A DNA stretch of 64,000 nt, from contig JASTWF010000033.1 in NCBI GenBank assembly GCA_030390025.1, positions 808,001 to 872,000 of the forward strand, written 5' to 3'. The translations under genes were made by a program, and so were the position numbers. The notes beneath the pieces are model-generated. The model was given only the letters and a program-made list of their open reading frames with translations, made no database searches and was not told the origin of the DNA. Origin of the DNA: Squalus acanthias (taxonomy: Eukaryota). Below are positions 52,101-64,000 of this stretch, in pieces. Positions within the stretch are counted from its first letter, which is position 1; every line of letters begins with the position of its first letter.

Positions 52101-55100
52101 ACAGAGTGAGGGAATGGGAGTGAGATTTACAGAGTGAGGGAATGGGAGTGAGATTTACAGAGTGAGGGAATGGGAGTGAGATTTACAGAGTGAGGGAATG
52201 GGAGTGAGATTTACAGAGTGAGGGAATGGGAGTGAGATTTACAGAGTGAGGGAATGGGAGTGAGATTTACAGAGTGAGGGAATGGGAGTGAGATTTACAG
52301 AGTGAGGGAATGGGAGTGAGATTTACAGAGTGAGGGAATGGGAGTGAGATTTACAGAGTGAGGGAATGGGAGTGAGATTTACAGAGTGAGGGAATGGGAG
52401 TGAGATTTACAGAGTGAGGGAATGGGAGTGAGATTTACAGAGTGAGGGAATGGGAGTGAGATTTACAGAGTGAGGGAATGGGAGTGAGATTTACAGAGTG
52501 AGGGAATGGGAGTGAGATTTACAGAGTGAGGGAATGGGAGTGAGATTTACAGAGTGAGGGAATGGGAGTGAGATTTACAGAGTGAGGGAATGGGAGTGAG
52601 ATTTACAGAGTGAGGGAATGGGAGTGAGATTTACAGAGTGAGGGAATGGGAGTGAGATTTACAGAGTGAGGGAATGGGAGTGAGATTTACAGAGTGAGGG
52701 AATGGGAGTGAGATTTACAGAGTGAGGGAATGGGAGTGAGATTTACAGAGTGAGGGAATGGGAGTGAGATTTACAGAGTGAGGGAATGGGAGTGAGATTT
52801 ACAGAGTGAGGGAATGGGAGTGAGATTTACAGAGTGAGGGAATGGGAGTGAGATTTACAGAGTGAGGGAATGGGAGTGAGATTTACAGAGTGAGGGAATG
52901 GGAGTGAGATTTACAGAGTGAGGGAATGGGAGTGAGATTTACAGAGTGAGGGAATGGGAGTGAGATTTACAGAGTGAGGGAATGGGAGTGAGATTTACAG
53001 AGTGAGGGAATGGGAGTGAGATTTACAGAGTGAGGGAATGGGAGTGAGATTTACAGAGTGAGGGAATGGGAGTGAGATTTACAGAGTGAGGGAATGGGAG
53101 TGAGATTTACAGAGTGAGGGAATGGGAGTGAGATTTACAGAGTGAGGGAATGGGAGTGAGATTTACAGAGTGAGGGAATGGGAGTGAGATTTACAGAGTG
53201 AGGGAATGGGAGTGAGATTTACAGAGTGAGGGAATGGGAGTGAGATTTACAGAGTGAGGGAATGGGAGTGAGATTTACAGAGTGAGGGAATGGGAGTGAG
53301 ATTTACAGAGTGAGGGAATGGGAGTGAGATTTACAGAGTGAGGGAATGGGAGTGAGATTTACAGAGTGAGGGAATGGGAGTGAGATTTACAGAGTGAGGG
53401 AATGGGAGTGAGATTTACAGAGTGAGGGAATGGGAGTGAGATTTACAGAGTGAGGGAATGGGAGTGAGATTTACAGAGTGAGGGAATGGGAGTGAGATTT
53501 ACAGAGTGAGGGAATGGGAGTGAGATTTACAGAGTGAGGGAATGGGAGTGAGATTTACAGAGTGAGGGAATGGGAGTGAGATTTACAGAGTGAGGGAATG
53601 GGAGTGAGATTTACAGAGTGAGGGAATGGGAGTGAGATTTACAGAGTGAGGGAATGGGAGTGAGATTTACAGAGTGAGGGAATGGGAGTGAGATTTACAG
53701 AGTGAGGGAATGGGAGTGAGATTTACAGAGTGAGGGAATGGGAGTGAGATTTACAGAGTGAGGGAATGGGAGTGAGATTTACAGAGTGAGGGAATGGGAG
53801 TGAGATTTACAGAGTGAGGGAATGGGAGTGAGATTTACAGAGTGAGGGAATGGGAGTGAGATTTACAGAGTGAGGGAATGGGAGTGAGATTTACAGAGTG
53901 AGGGAATGGGAGTGAGATTTACAGAGTGAGGGAATGGGAGTGAGATTTACAGAGTGAGGGAATGGGAGTGAGATTTACAGAGTGAGGGAATGGGAGTGAG
54001 ATTTACAGAGTGAGGGAATGGGAGTGAGATTTACAGAGTGAGGGAATGGGAGTGAGATTTACAGAGTGAGGGAATGGGAGTGAGATTTACAGAGTGAGGG
54101 AATGGGAGTGAGATTTACAGAGTGAGGGAATGGGAGTGAGATTTACAGAGTGAGGGAATGGGAGTGAGATTTACAGAGTGAGGGAATGGGAGTGAGATTT
54201 ACAGAGTGAGGGAATGGGAGTGAGATTTACAGAGTGAGGGAATGGGAGTGAGATTTACAGAGTGAGGGAATGGGAGTGAGATTTACAGAGTGAGGGAATG
54301 GGAGTGAGATTTACAGAGTGAGGGAATGGGAGTGAGATTTACAGAGTGAGGGAATGGGAGTGAGATTTACAGAGTGAGGGAATGGGAGTGAGATTTACAG
54401 AGTGAGGGAATGGGAGTGAGATTTACAGAGTGAGGGAATGGGAGTGAGATTTACAGAGTGAGGGAATGGGAGTGAGATTTACAGAGTGAGGGAATGGGAG
54501 TGAGATTTACAGAGTGAGGGAATGGGAGTGAGATTTACAGAGTGAGGGAATGGGAGTGAGATTTACAGAGTGAGGGAATGGGAGTGAGATTTACAGAGTG
54601 AGGGAATGGGAGTGAGATTTACAGAGTGAGGGAATGGGAGTGAGATTTACAGAGTGAGGGAATGGGAGTGAGATTTACAGAGTGAGGGAATGGGAGTGAG
54701 ATTTACAGAGTGAGGGAATGGGAGTGAGATTTACAGAGTGAGGGAATGGGAGTGAGATTTACAGAGTGAGGGAATGGGAGTGAGATTTACAGAGTGAGGG
54801 AATGGGAGTGAGATTTACAGAGTGAGGGAATGGGAGTGAGATTTACAGAGTGAGGGAATGGGAGTGAGATTTACAGAGTGAGGGAATGGGAGTGAGATTT
54901 ACAGAGTGAGGGAATGGGAGTGAGATTTACAGAGTGAGGGAATGGGAGTGAGATTTACAGAGTGAGGGAATGGGAGTGAGATTTACAGAGTGAGGGAATG
55001 GGAGTGAGATTTACAGAGTGAGGGAATGGGAGTGAGATTTACAGAGTGAGGGAATGGGAGTGAGATTTACAGAGTGAGGGAATGGGAGTGAGATTTACAG

Positions 55101-58100
55101 AGTGAGGGAATGGGAGTGAGATTTACAGAGTGAGGGAATGGGAGTGAGATTTACAGAGTGAGGGAATGGGAGTGAGATTTACAGAGTGAGGGAATGGGAG
55201 TGAGATTTACAGAGTGAGGGAATGGGAGTGAGATTTACAGAGTGAGGGAATGGGAGTGAGATTTACAGAGTGAGGGAATGGGAGTGAGATTTACAGAGTG
55301 AGGGAATGGGAGTGAGATTTACAGAGTGAGGGAATGGGAGTGAGATTTACAGAGTGAGGGAATGGGAGTGAGATTTACAGAGTGAGGGAATGGGAGTGAG
55401 ATTTACAGAGTGAGGGAATGGGAGTGAGATTTACAGAGTGAGGGAATGGGAGTGAGATTTACAGAGTGAGGGAATGGGAGTGAGATTTACAGAGTGAGGG
55501 AATGGGAGTGAGATTTACAGAGTGAGGGAATGGGAGTGAGATTTACAGAGTGAGGGAATGGGAGTGAGATTTACAGAGTGAGGGAATGGGAGTGAGATTT
55601 ACAGAGTGAGGGAATGGGAGTGAGATTTACAGAGTGAGGGAATGGGAGTGAGATTTACAGAGTGAGGGAATGGGAGTGAGATTTACAGAGTGAGGGAATG
55701 GGAGTGAGATTTACAGAGTGAGGGAATGGGAGTGAGATTTACAGAGTGAGGGAATGGGAGTGAGATTTACAGAGTGAGGGAATGGGAGTGAGATTTACAG
55801 AGTGAGGGAATGGGAGTGAGATTTACAGAGTGAGGGAATGGGAGTGAGATTTACAGAGTGAGGGAATGGGAGTGAGATTTACAGAGTGAGGGAATGGGAG
55901 TGAGATTTACAGAGTGAGGGAATGGGAGTGAGATTTACAGAGTGAGGGAATGGGAGTGAGATTTACAGAGTGAGGGAATGGGAGTGAGATTTACAGAGTG
56001 AGGGAATGGGAGTGAGATTTACAGAGTGAGGGAATGGGAGTGAGATTTACAGAGTGAGGGAATGGGAGTGAGATTTACAGAGTGAGGGAATGGGAGTGAG
56101 ATTTACAGAGTGAGGGAATGGGAGTGAGATTTACAGAGTGAGGGAATGGGAGTGAGATTTACAGAGTGAGGGAATGGGAGTGAGATTTACAGAGTGAGGG
56201 AATGGGAGTGAGATTTACAGAGTGAGGGAATGGGAGTGAGATTTACAGAGTGAGGGAATGGGAGTGAGATTTACAGAGTGAGGGAATGGGAGTGAGATTT
56301 ACAGAGTGAGGGAATGGGAGTGAGATTTACAGAGTGAGGGAATGGGAGTGAGATTTACAGAGTGAGGGAATGGGAGTGAGATTTACAGAGTGAGGGAATG
56401 GGAGTGAGATTTACAGAGTGAGGGAATGGGAGTGAGATTTACAGAGTGAGGGAATGGGAGTGAGATTTACAGAGTGAGGGAATGGGAGTGAGATTTACAG
56501 AGTGAGGGAATGGGAGTGAGATTTACAGAGTGAGGGAATGGGAGTGAGATTTACAGAGTGAGGGAATGGGAGTGAGATTTACAGAGTGAGGGAATGGGAG
56601 TGAGATTTACAGAGTGAGGGAATGGGAGTGAGATTTACAGAGTGAGGGAATGGGAGTGAGATTTACAGAGTGAGGGAATGGGAGTGAGATTTACAGAGTG
56701 AGGGAATGGGAGTGAGATTTACAGAGTGAGGGAATGGGAGTGAGATTTACAGAGTGAGGGAATGGGAGTGAGATTTACAGAGTGAGGGAATGGGAGTGAG
56801 ATTTACAGAGTGAGGGAATGGGAGTGAGATTTACAGAGTGAGGGAATGGGAGTGAGATTTACAGAGTGAGGGAATGGGAGTGAGATTTACAGAGTGAGGG
56901 AATGGGAGTGAGATTTACAGAGTGAGGGAATGGGAGTGAGATTTACAGAGTGAGGGAATGGGAGTGAGATTTACAGAGTGAGGGAATGGGAGTGAGATTT
57001 ACAGAGTGAGGGAATGGGAGTGAGATTTACAGAGTGAGGGAATGGGAGTGAGATTTACAGAGAGGGAATGGGAGTGAGATTTACAGAGTGAGGGAATGGG
57101 AGTGAGATTTACAGAGTGAGGGAATGGGAGTGAGATTTACAGAGTGAGGGAATGGGAGTGAGATTTACAGAGTGAGGGAATGGGAGTGAGATTTACAGAG
57201 TGAGGGAATGGGAGTGAGATTTACAGAGTGAGGGAATGGGAGTGAGATTTACAGAGTGAGGGAATGGGAGTGAGATTTACAGAGTGAGGGAATGGGAGTG
57301 AGATTTACAGAGTGAGGGAATGGGAGTGAGATTTACAGAGTGAGGGAATGGGAGTGAGATTTACAGAGTGAGGGAATGGGAGTGAGATTTACAGAGTGAG
57401 GGAATGGGAGTGAGATTTACAGAGTGAGGGAATGGGAGTGAGATTTACAGAGTGAGGGAATGGGAGTGAGATTTACAGAGTGAGGGAATGGGAGTGAGAT
57501 TTACAGAGTGAGGGAATGGGAGTGAGATTTACAGAGTGAGGGAATGGGAGTGAGATTTACAGAGTGAGGGAATGGGAGTGAGATTTACAGAGTGAGGGAA
57601 TGGGAGTGAGATTTACAGAGTGAGGGAATGGGAGTGAGATTTACAGAGTGAGGGAATGGGAGTGAGATTTACAGAGTGAGGGAATGGGAGTGAGATTTAC
57701 AGAGTGAGGGAATGGGAGTGAGATTTACAGAGTGAGGGAATGGGAGTGAGATTTACAGAGTGAGGGAATGGGAGTGAGATTTACAGAGTGAGGGAATGGG
57801 AGTGAGATTTACAGAGTGAGGGAATGGGAGTGAGATTTACAGAGTGAGGGAATGGGAGTGAGATTTACAGAGTGAGGGAATGGGAGTGAGATTTACAGAG
57901 TGAGGGAATGGGAGTGAGATTTACAGAGTGAGGGAATGGGAGTGAGATTTACAGAGTGAGGGAATGGGAGTGAGATTTACAGAGTGAGGGAATGGGAGTG
58001 AGATTTACAGAGTGAGGGAATGGGAGTGAGATTTACAGAGTGAGGGAATGGGAGTGAGATTTACAGAGTGAGGGAATGGGAGTGAGATTTACAGAGTGAG

Positions 58101-61100
58101 GGAATGGGAGTGAGATTTACAGAGTGAGGGAATGGGAGTGAGATTTACAGAGTGAGGGAATGGGAGTGAGATTTACAGAGTGAGGGAATGGGAGTGAGAT
58201 TTACAGAGTGAGGGAATGGGAGTGAGATTTACAGAGTGAGGGAATGGGAGTGAGATTTACAGAGTGAGGGAATGGGAGTGAGATTTACAGAGTGAGGGAA
58301 TGGGAGTGAGATTTACAGAGTGAGGGAATGGGAGTGAGATTTACAGAGTGAGGGAATGGGAGTGAGATTTACAGAGTGAGGGAATGGGAGTGAGATTTAC
58401 AGAGTGAGGGAATGGGAGTGAGATTTACAGAGTGAGGGAATGGGAGTGAGATTTACAGAGTGAGGGAATGGGAGTGAGATTTACAGAGTGAGGGAATGGG
58501 AGTGAGATTTACAGAGTGAGGGAATGGGAGTGAGATTTACAGAGTGAGGGAATGGGAGTGAGATTTACAGAGTGAGGGAATGGGAGTGAGATTTACAGAG
58601 TGAGGGAATGGGAGTGAGATTTACAGAGTGAGGGAATGGGAGTGAGATTTACAGAGTGAGGGAATGGGAGTGAGATTTACAGAGTGAGGGAATGGGAGTG
58701 AGATTTACAGAGTGAGGGAATGGGAGTGAGATTTACAGAGTGAGGGAATGGGAGTGAGATTTACAGAGTGAGGGAATGGGAGTGAGATTTACAGAGTGAG
58801 GGAATGGGAGTGAGATTTACAGAGTGAGGGAATGGGAGTGAGATTTACAGAGTGAGGGAATGGGAGTGAGATTTACAGAGTGAGGGAATGGGAGTGAGAT
58901 TTACAGAGTGAGGGAATGGGAGTGAGATTTACAGAGTGAGGGAATGGGAGTGAGATTTACAGAGTGAGGGAATGGGAGTGAGATTTACAGAGTGAGGGAA
59001 TGGGAGTGAGATTTACAGAGTGAGGGAATGGGAGTGAGATTTACAGAGTGAGGGAATGGGAGTGAGATTTACAGAGTGAGGGAATGGGAGTGAGATTTAC
59101 AGAGTGAGGGAATGGGAGTGAGATTTACAGAGTGAGGGAATGGGAGTGAGATTTACAGAGTGAGGGAATGGGAGTGAGATTTACAGAGTGAGGGAATGGG
59201 AGTGAGATTTACAGAGTGAGGGAATGGGAGTGAGATTTACAGAGTGAGGGAATGGGAGTGAGATTTACAGAGTGAGGGAATGGGAGTGAGATTTACAGAG
59301 TGAGGGAATGGGAGTGAGATTTACAGAGTGAGGGAATGGGAGTGAGATTTACAGAGTGAGGGAATGGGAGTGAGATTTACAGAGTGAGGGAATGGGAGTG
59401 AGATTTACAGAGTGAGGGAATGGGAGTGAGATTTACAGAGTGAGGGAATGGGAGTGAGATTTACAGAGTGAGGGAATGGGAGTGAGATTTACAGAGTGAG
59501 GGAATGGGAGTGAGATTTACAGAGTGAGGGAATGGGAGTGAGATTTACAGAGTGAGGGAATGGGAGTGAGATTTACAGAGTGAGGGAATGGGAGTGAGAT
59601 TTACAGAGTGAGGGAATGGGAGTGAGATTTACAGAGTGAGGGAATGGGAGTGAGATTTACAGAGTGAGGGAATGGGAGTGAGATTTACAGAGTGAGGGAA
59701 TGGGAGTGAGATTTACAGAGTGAGGGAATGGGAGTGAGATTTACAGAGTGAGGGAATGGGAGTGAGATTTACAGAGTGAGGGAATGGGAGTGAGATTTAC
59801 AGAGTGAGGGAATGGGAGTGAGATTTACAGAGTGAGGGAATGGGAGTGAGATTTACAGAGTGAGGGAATGGGAGTGAGATTTACAGAGTGAGGGAATGGG
59901 AGTGAGATTTACAGAGTGAGGGAATGGGAGTGAGATTTACAGAGTGAGGGAATGGGAGTGAGATTTACAGAGTGAGGGAATGGGAGTGAGATTTACAGAG
60001 TGAGGGAATGGGAGTGAGATTTACAGAGTGAGGGAATGGGAGTGAGATTTACAGAGTGAGGGAATGGGAGTGAGATTTACAGAGTGAGGGAATGGGAGTG
60101 AGATTTACAGAGTGAGGGAATGGGAGTGAGATTTACAGAGTGAGGGAATGGGAGTGAGATTTACAGAGTGAGGGAATGGGAGTGAGATTTACAGAGTGAG
60201 GGAATGGGAGTGAGATTTACAGAGTGAGGGAATGGGAGTGAGATTTACAGAGTGAGGGAATGGGAGTGAGATTTACAGAGTGAGGGAATGGGAGTGAGAT
60301 TTACAGAGTGAGGGAATGGGAGTGAGATTTACAGAGTGAGGGAATGGGAGTGAGATTTACAGAGTGAGGGAATGGGAGTGAGATTTACAGAGTGAGGGAA
60401 TGGGAGTGAGATTTACAGAGTGAGGGAATGGGAGTGAGATTTACAGAGTGAGGGAATGGGAGTGAGATTTACAGAGTGAGGGAATGGGAGTGAGATTTAC
60501 AGAGTGAGGGAATGGGAGTGAGATTTACAGAGTGAGGGAATGGGAGTGAGATTTACAGAGTGAGGGAATGGGAGTGAGATTTACAGAGTGAGGGAATGGG
60601 AGTGAGATTTACAGAGTGAGGGAATGGGAGTGAGATTTACAGAGTGAGGGAATGGGAGTGAGATTTACAGAGTGAGGGAATGGGAGTGAGATTTACAGAG
60701 TGAGGGAATGGGAGTGAGATTTACAGAGTGAGGGAATGGGAGTGAGATTTACAGAGTGAGGGAATGGGAGTGAGATTTACAGAGTGAGGGAATGGGAGTG
60801 AGATTTACAGAGTGAGGGAATGGGAGTGAGATTTACAGAGTGAGGGAATGGGAGTGAGATTTACAGAGTGAGGGAATGGGAGTGAGATTTACAGAGTGAG
60901 GGAATGGGAGTGAGATTTACAGAGTGAGGGAATGGGAGTGAGATTTACAGAGTGAGGGAATGGGAGTGAGATTTACAGAGTGAGGGAATGGGAGTGAGAT
61001 TTACAGAGTGAGGGAATGGGAGTGAGATTTACAGAGTGAGGGAATGGGAGTGAGATTTACAGAGTGAGGGAATGGGAGTGAGATTTACAGAGTGAGGGAA

Positions 61101-64000
61101 TGGGAGTGAGATTTACAGAGTGAGGGAATGGGAGTGAGATTTACAGAGTGAGGGAATGGGAGTGAGATTTACAGAGTGAGGGAATGGGAGTGAGATTTAC
61201 AGAGTGAGGGAATGGGAGTGAGATTTACAGAGTGAGGGAATGGGAGTGAGATTTACAGAGTGAGGGAATGGGAGTGAGATTTACAGAGTGAGGGAATGGG
61301 AGTGAGATTTACAGAGTGAGGGAATGGGAGTGAGATTTACAGAGTGAGGGAATGGGAGTGAGATTTACAGAGTGAGGGAATGGGAGTGAGATTTACAGAG
61401 TGAGGGAATGGGAGTGAGATTTACAGAGTGAGGGAATGGGAGTGAGATTTACAGAGTGAGGGAATGGGAGTGAGATTTACAGAGTGAGGGAATGGGAGTG
61501 AGATTTACAGAGTGAGGGAATGGGAGTGAGATTTACAGAGTGAGGGAATGGGAGTGAGATTTACAGAGTGAGGGAATGGGAGTGAGATTTACAGAGTGAG
61601 GGAATGGGAGTGAGATTTACAGAGTGAGGGAATGGGAGTGAGATTTACAGAGTGAGGGAATGGGAGTGAGATTTACAGAGTGAGGGAATGGGAGTGAGAT
61701 TTACAGAGTGAGGGAATGGGAGTGAGATTTACAGAGTGAGGGAATGGGAGTGAGATTTACAGAGTGAGGGAATGGGAGTGAGATTTACAGAGTGAGGGAA
61801 TGGGAGTGAGATTTACAGAGTGAGGGAATGGGAGTGAGATTTACAGAGTGAGGGAATGGGAGTGAGATTTACAGAGTGAGGGAATGGGAGTGAGATTTAC
61901 AGAGTGAGGGAATGGGAGTGAGATTTACAGAGTGAGGGAATGGGAGTGAGATTTACAGAGTGAGGGAATGGGAGTGAGATTTACAGAGTGAGGGAATGGG
62001 AGTGAGATTTACAGAGTGAGGGAATGGGAGTGAGATTTACAGAGTGAGGGAATGGGAGTGAGATTTACAGAGTGAGGGAATGGGAGTGAGATTTACAGAG
62101 TGAGGGAATGGGAGTGAGATTTACAGAGTGAGGGAATGGGAGTGAGATTTACAGAGTGAGGGAATGGGAGTGAGATTTACAGAGTGAGGGAATGGGAGTG
62201 AGATTTACAGAGTGAGGGAATGGGAGTGAGATTTACAGAGTGAGGGAATGGGAGTGAGATTTACAGAGTGAGGGAATGGGAGTGAGATTTACAGAGTGAG
62301 GGAATGGGAGTGAGATTTACAGAGTGAGGGAATGGGAGTGAGATTTACAGAGTGAGGGAATGGGAGTGAGATTTACAGAGTGAGGGAATGGGAGTGAGAT
62401 TTACAGAGTGAGGGAATGGGAGTGAGATTTACAGAGTGAGGGAATGGGAGTGAGATTTACAGAGTGAGGGAATGGGAGTGAGATTTACAGAGTGAGGGAA
62501 TGGGAGTGAGATTTACAGAGTGAGGGAATGGGAGTGAGATTTACAGAGTGAGGGAATGGGAGTGAGATTTACAGAGTGAGGGAATGGGAGTGAGATTTAC
62601 AGAGTGAGGGAATGGGAGTGAGATTTACAGAGTGAGGGAATGGGAGTGAGATTTACAGAGTGAGGGAATGGGAGTGAGATTTACAGAGTGAGGGAATGGG
62701 AGTGAGATTTACAGAGTGAGGGAATGGGAGTGAGATTTACAGAGTGAGGGAATGGGAGTGAGATTTACAGAGTGAGGGAATGGGAGTGAGATTTACAGAG
62801 TGAGGGAATGGGAGTGAGATTTACAGAGTGAGGGAATGGGAGTGAGATTTACAGAGTGAGGGAATGGGAGTGAGATTTACAGAGTGAGGGAATGGGAGTG
62901 AGATTTACAGAGTGAGGGAATGGGAGTGAGATTTACAGAGTGAGGGAATGGGAGTGAGATTTACAGAGTGAGGGAATGGGAGTGAGATTTACAGAGTGAG
63001 GGAATGGGAGTGAGATTTACAGAGTGAGGGAATGGGAGTGAGATTTACAGAGTGAGGGAATGGGAGTGAGATTTACAGAGTGAGGGAATGGGAGTGAGAT
63101 TTACAGAGTGAGGGAATGGGAGTGAGATTTACAGAGTGAGGGAATGGGAGTGAGATTTACAGAGTGAGGGAATGGGAGTGAGATTTACAGAGTGAGGGAA
63201 TGGGAGTGAGATTTACAGAGTGAGGGAATGGGAGTGAGATTTACAGAGTGAGGGAATGGGAGTGAGATTTACAGAGTGAGGGAATGGGAGTGAGATTTAC
63301 AGAGTGAGGGAATGGGAGTGAGATTTACAGAGTGAGGGAATGGGAGTGAGATTTACAGAGTGAGGGAATGGGAGTGAGATTTACAGAGTGAGGGAATGGG
63401 AGTGAGATTTACAGAGTGAGGGAATGGGAGTGAGATTTACAGAGTGAGGGAATGGGAGTGAGATTTACAGAGTGAGGGAATGGGAGTGAGATTTACAGAG
63501 TGAGGGAATGGGAGTGAGATTTACAGAGTGAGGGAATGGGAGTGAGATTTACAGAGTGAGGGAATGGGAGTGAGATTTACAGAGTGAGGGAATGGGAGTG
63601 AGATTTACAGAGTGAGGGAATGGGAGTGAGATTTACAGAGTGAGGGAATGGGAGTGAGATTTACAGAGTGAGGGAATGGGAGTGAGATTTACAGAGTGAG
63701 GGAATGGGAGTGAGATTTACAGAGTGAGGGAATGGGAGTGAGATTTACAGAGTGAGGGAATGGGAGTGAGATTTACAGAGTGAGGGAATGGGAGTGAGAT
63801 TTACAGAGTGAGGGAATGGGAGTGAGATTTACAGAGTGAGGGAATGGGAGTGAGATTTACAGAGTGAGGGAATGGGAGTGAGATTTACAGAGTGAGGGAA
63901 TGGGAGTGAGATTTACAGAGTGAGGGAATGGGAGTGAGATTTACAGAGTGAGGGAATGGGAGTGAGATTTACAGAGTGAGGGAATGGGAGTGAGATTTAC
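16133..64000. repeat. 28-bp satellite array (GAGTGAGGGAATGGGAGTGAGATTTACA)n, ~47.9 kb, ~1,700 units, runs off the window
   Basis: Directly visible. The unit is two related 14-mers. Diverged 16133-~20600, near-consensus ~20600-39550, essentially perfect from ~39550 to the end. Confidence 0.99.

Noticed and set aside
16133..64000. CRISPR-like array or telomeric repeat
   Set aside because: No unique spacers, no cas genes, eukaryotic context, and the unit has no TTAGGG. It is a tandem satellite.

Overview
Vertebrate genomic DNA, most likely a cartilaginous fish (inferred from the CR1/L2-type LINEs, DeuSINE and GPR139-like receptor). The first ~16 kb holds: many decayed LINE/SINE fragments; a 743-bp TIR element (3-bp ATT TSD, internal perfect hairpins) nested in the 5' end of a LINE; a decayed minus-strand reading frame resembling a viral class I fusion/Env glycoprotein with a C-terminal TM anchor (6716-7475, missed by the ORF track); a complete two-exon GPR139-like class A GPCR gene on the minus strand (10843-10774 + 9296-8365, 333 aa) with His at the normally invariant D2.50; a 26-bp minisatellite just upstream of that gene; and a probable first coding exon (15601-15715, +) of a dynamin/EHD-like GTPase gene. 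From ~16133 to the window end (~47.9 kb, ~1,700 units) is one purine-rich 28-bp satellite (GAGTGAGGGAATGGGAGTGAGATTTACA), probably intronic. It is diverged with higher-order duplications at the edge and almost perfectly homogeneous inside, which may partly be an assembly consensus artefact. All family assignments are by eye; no searches were run.
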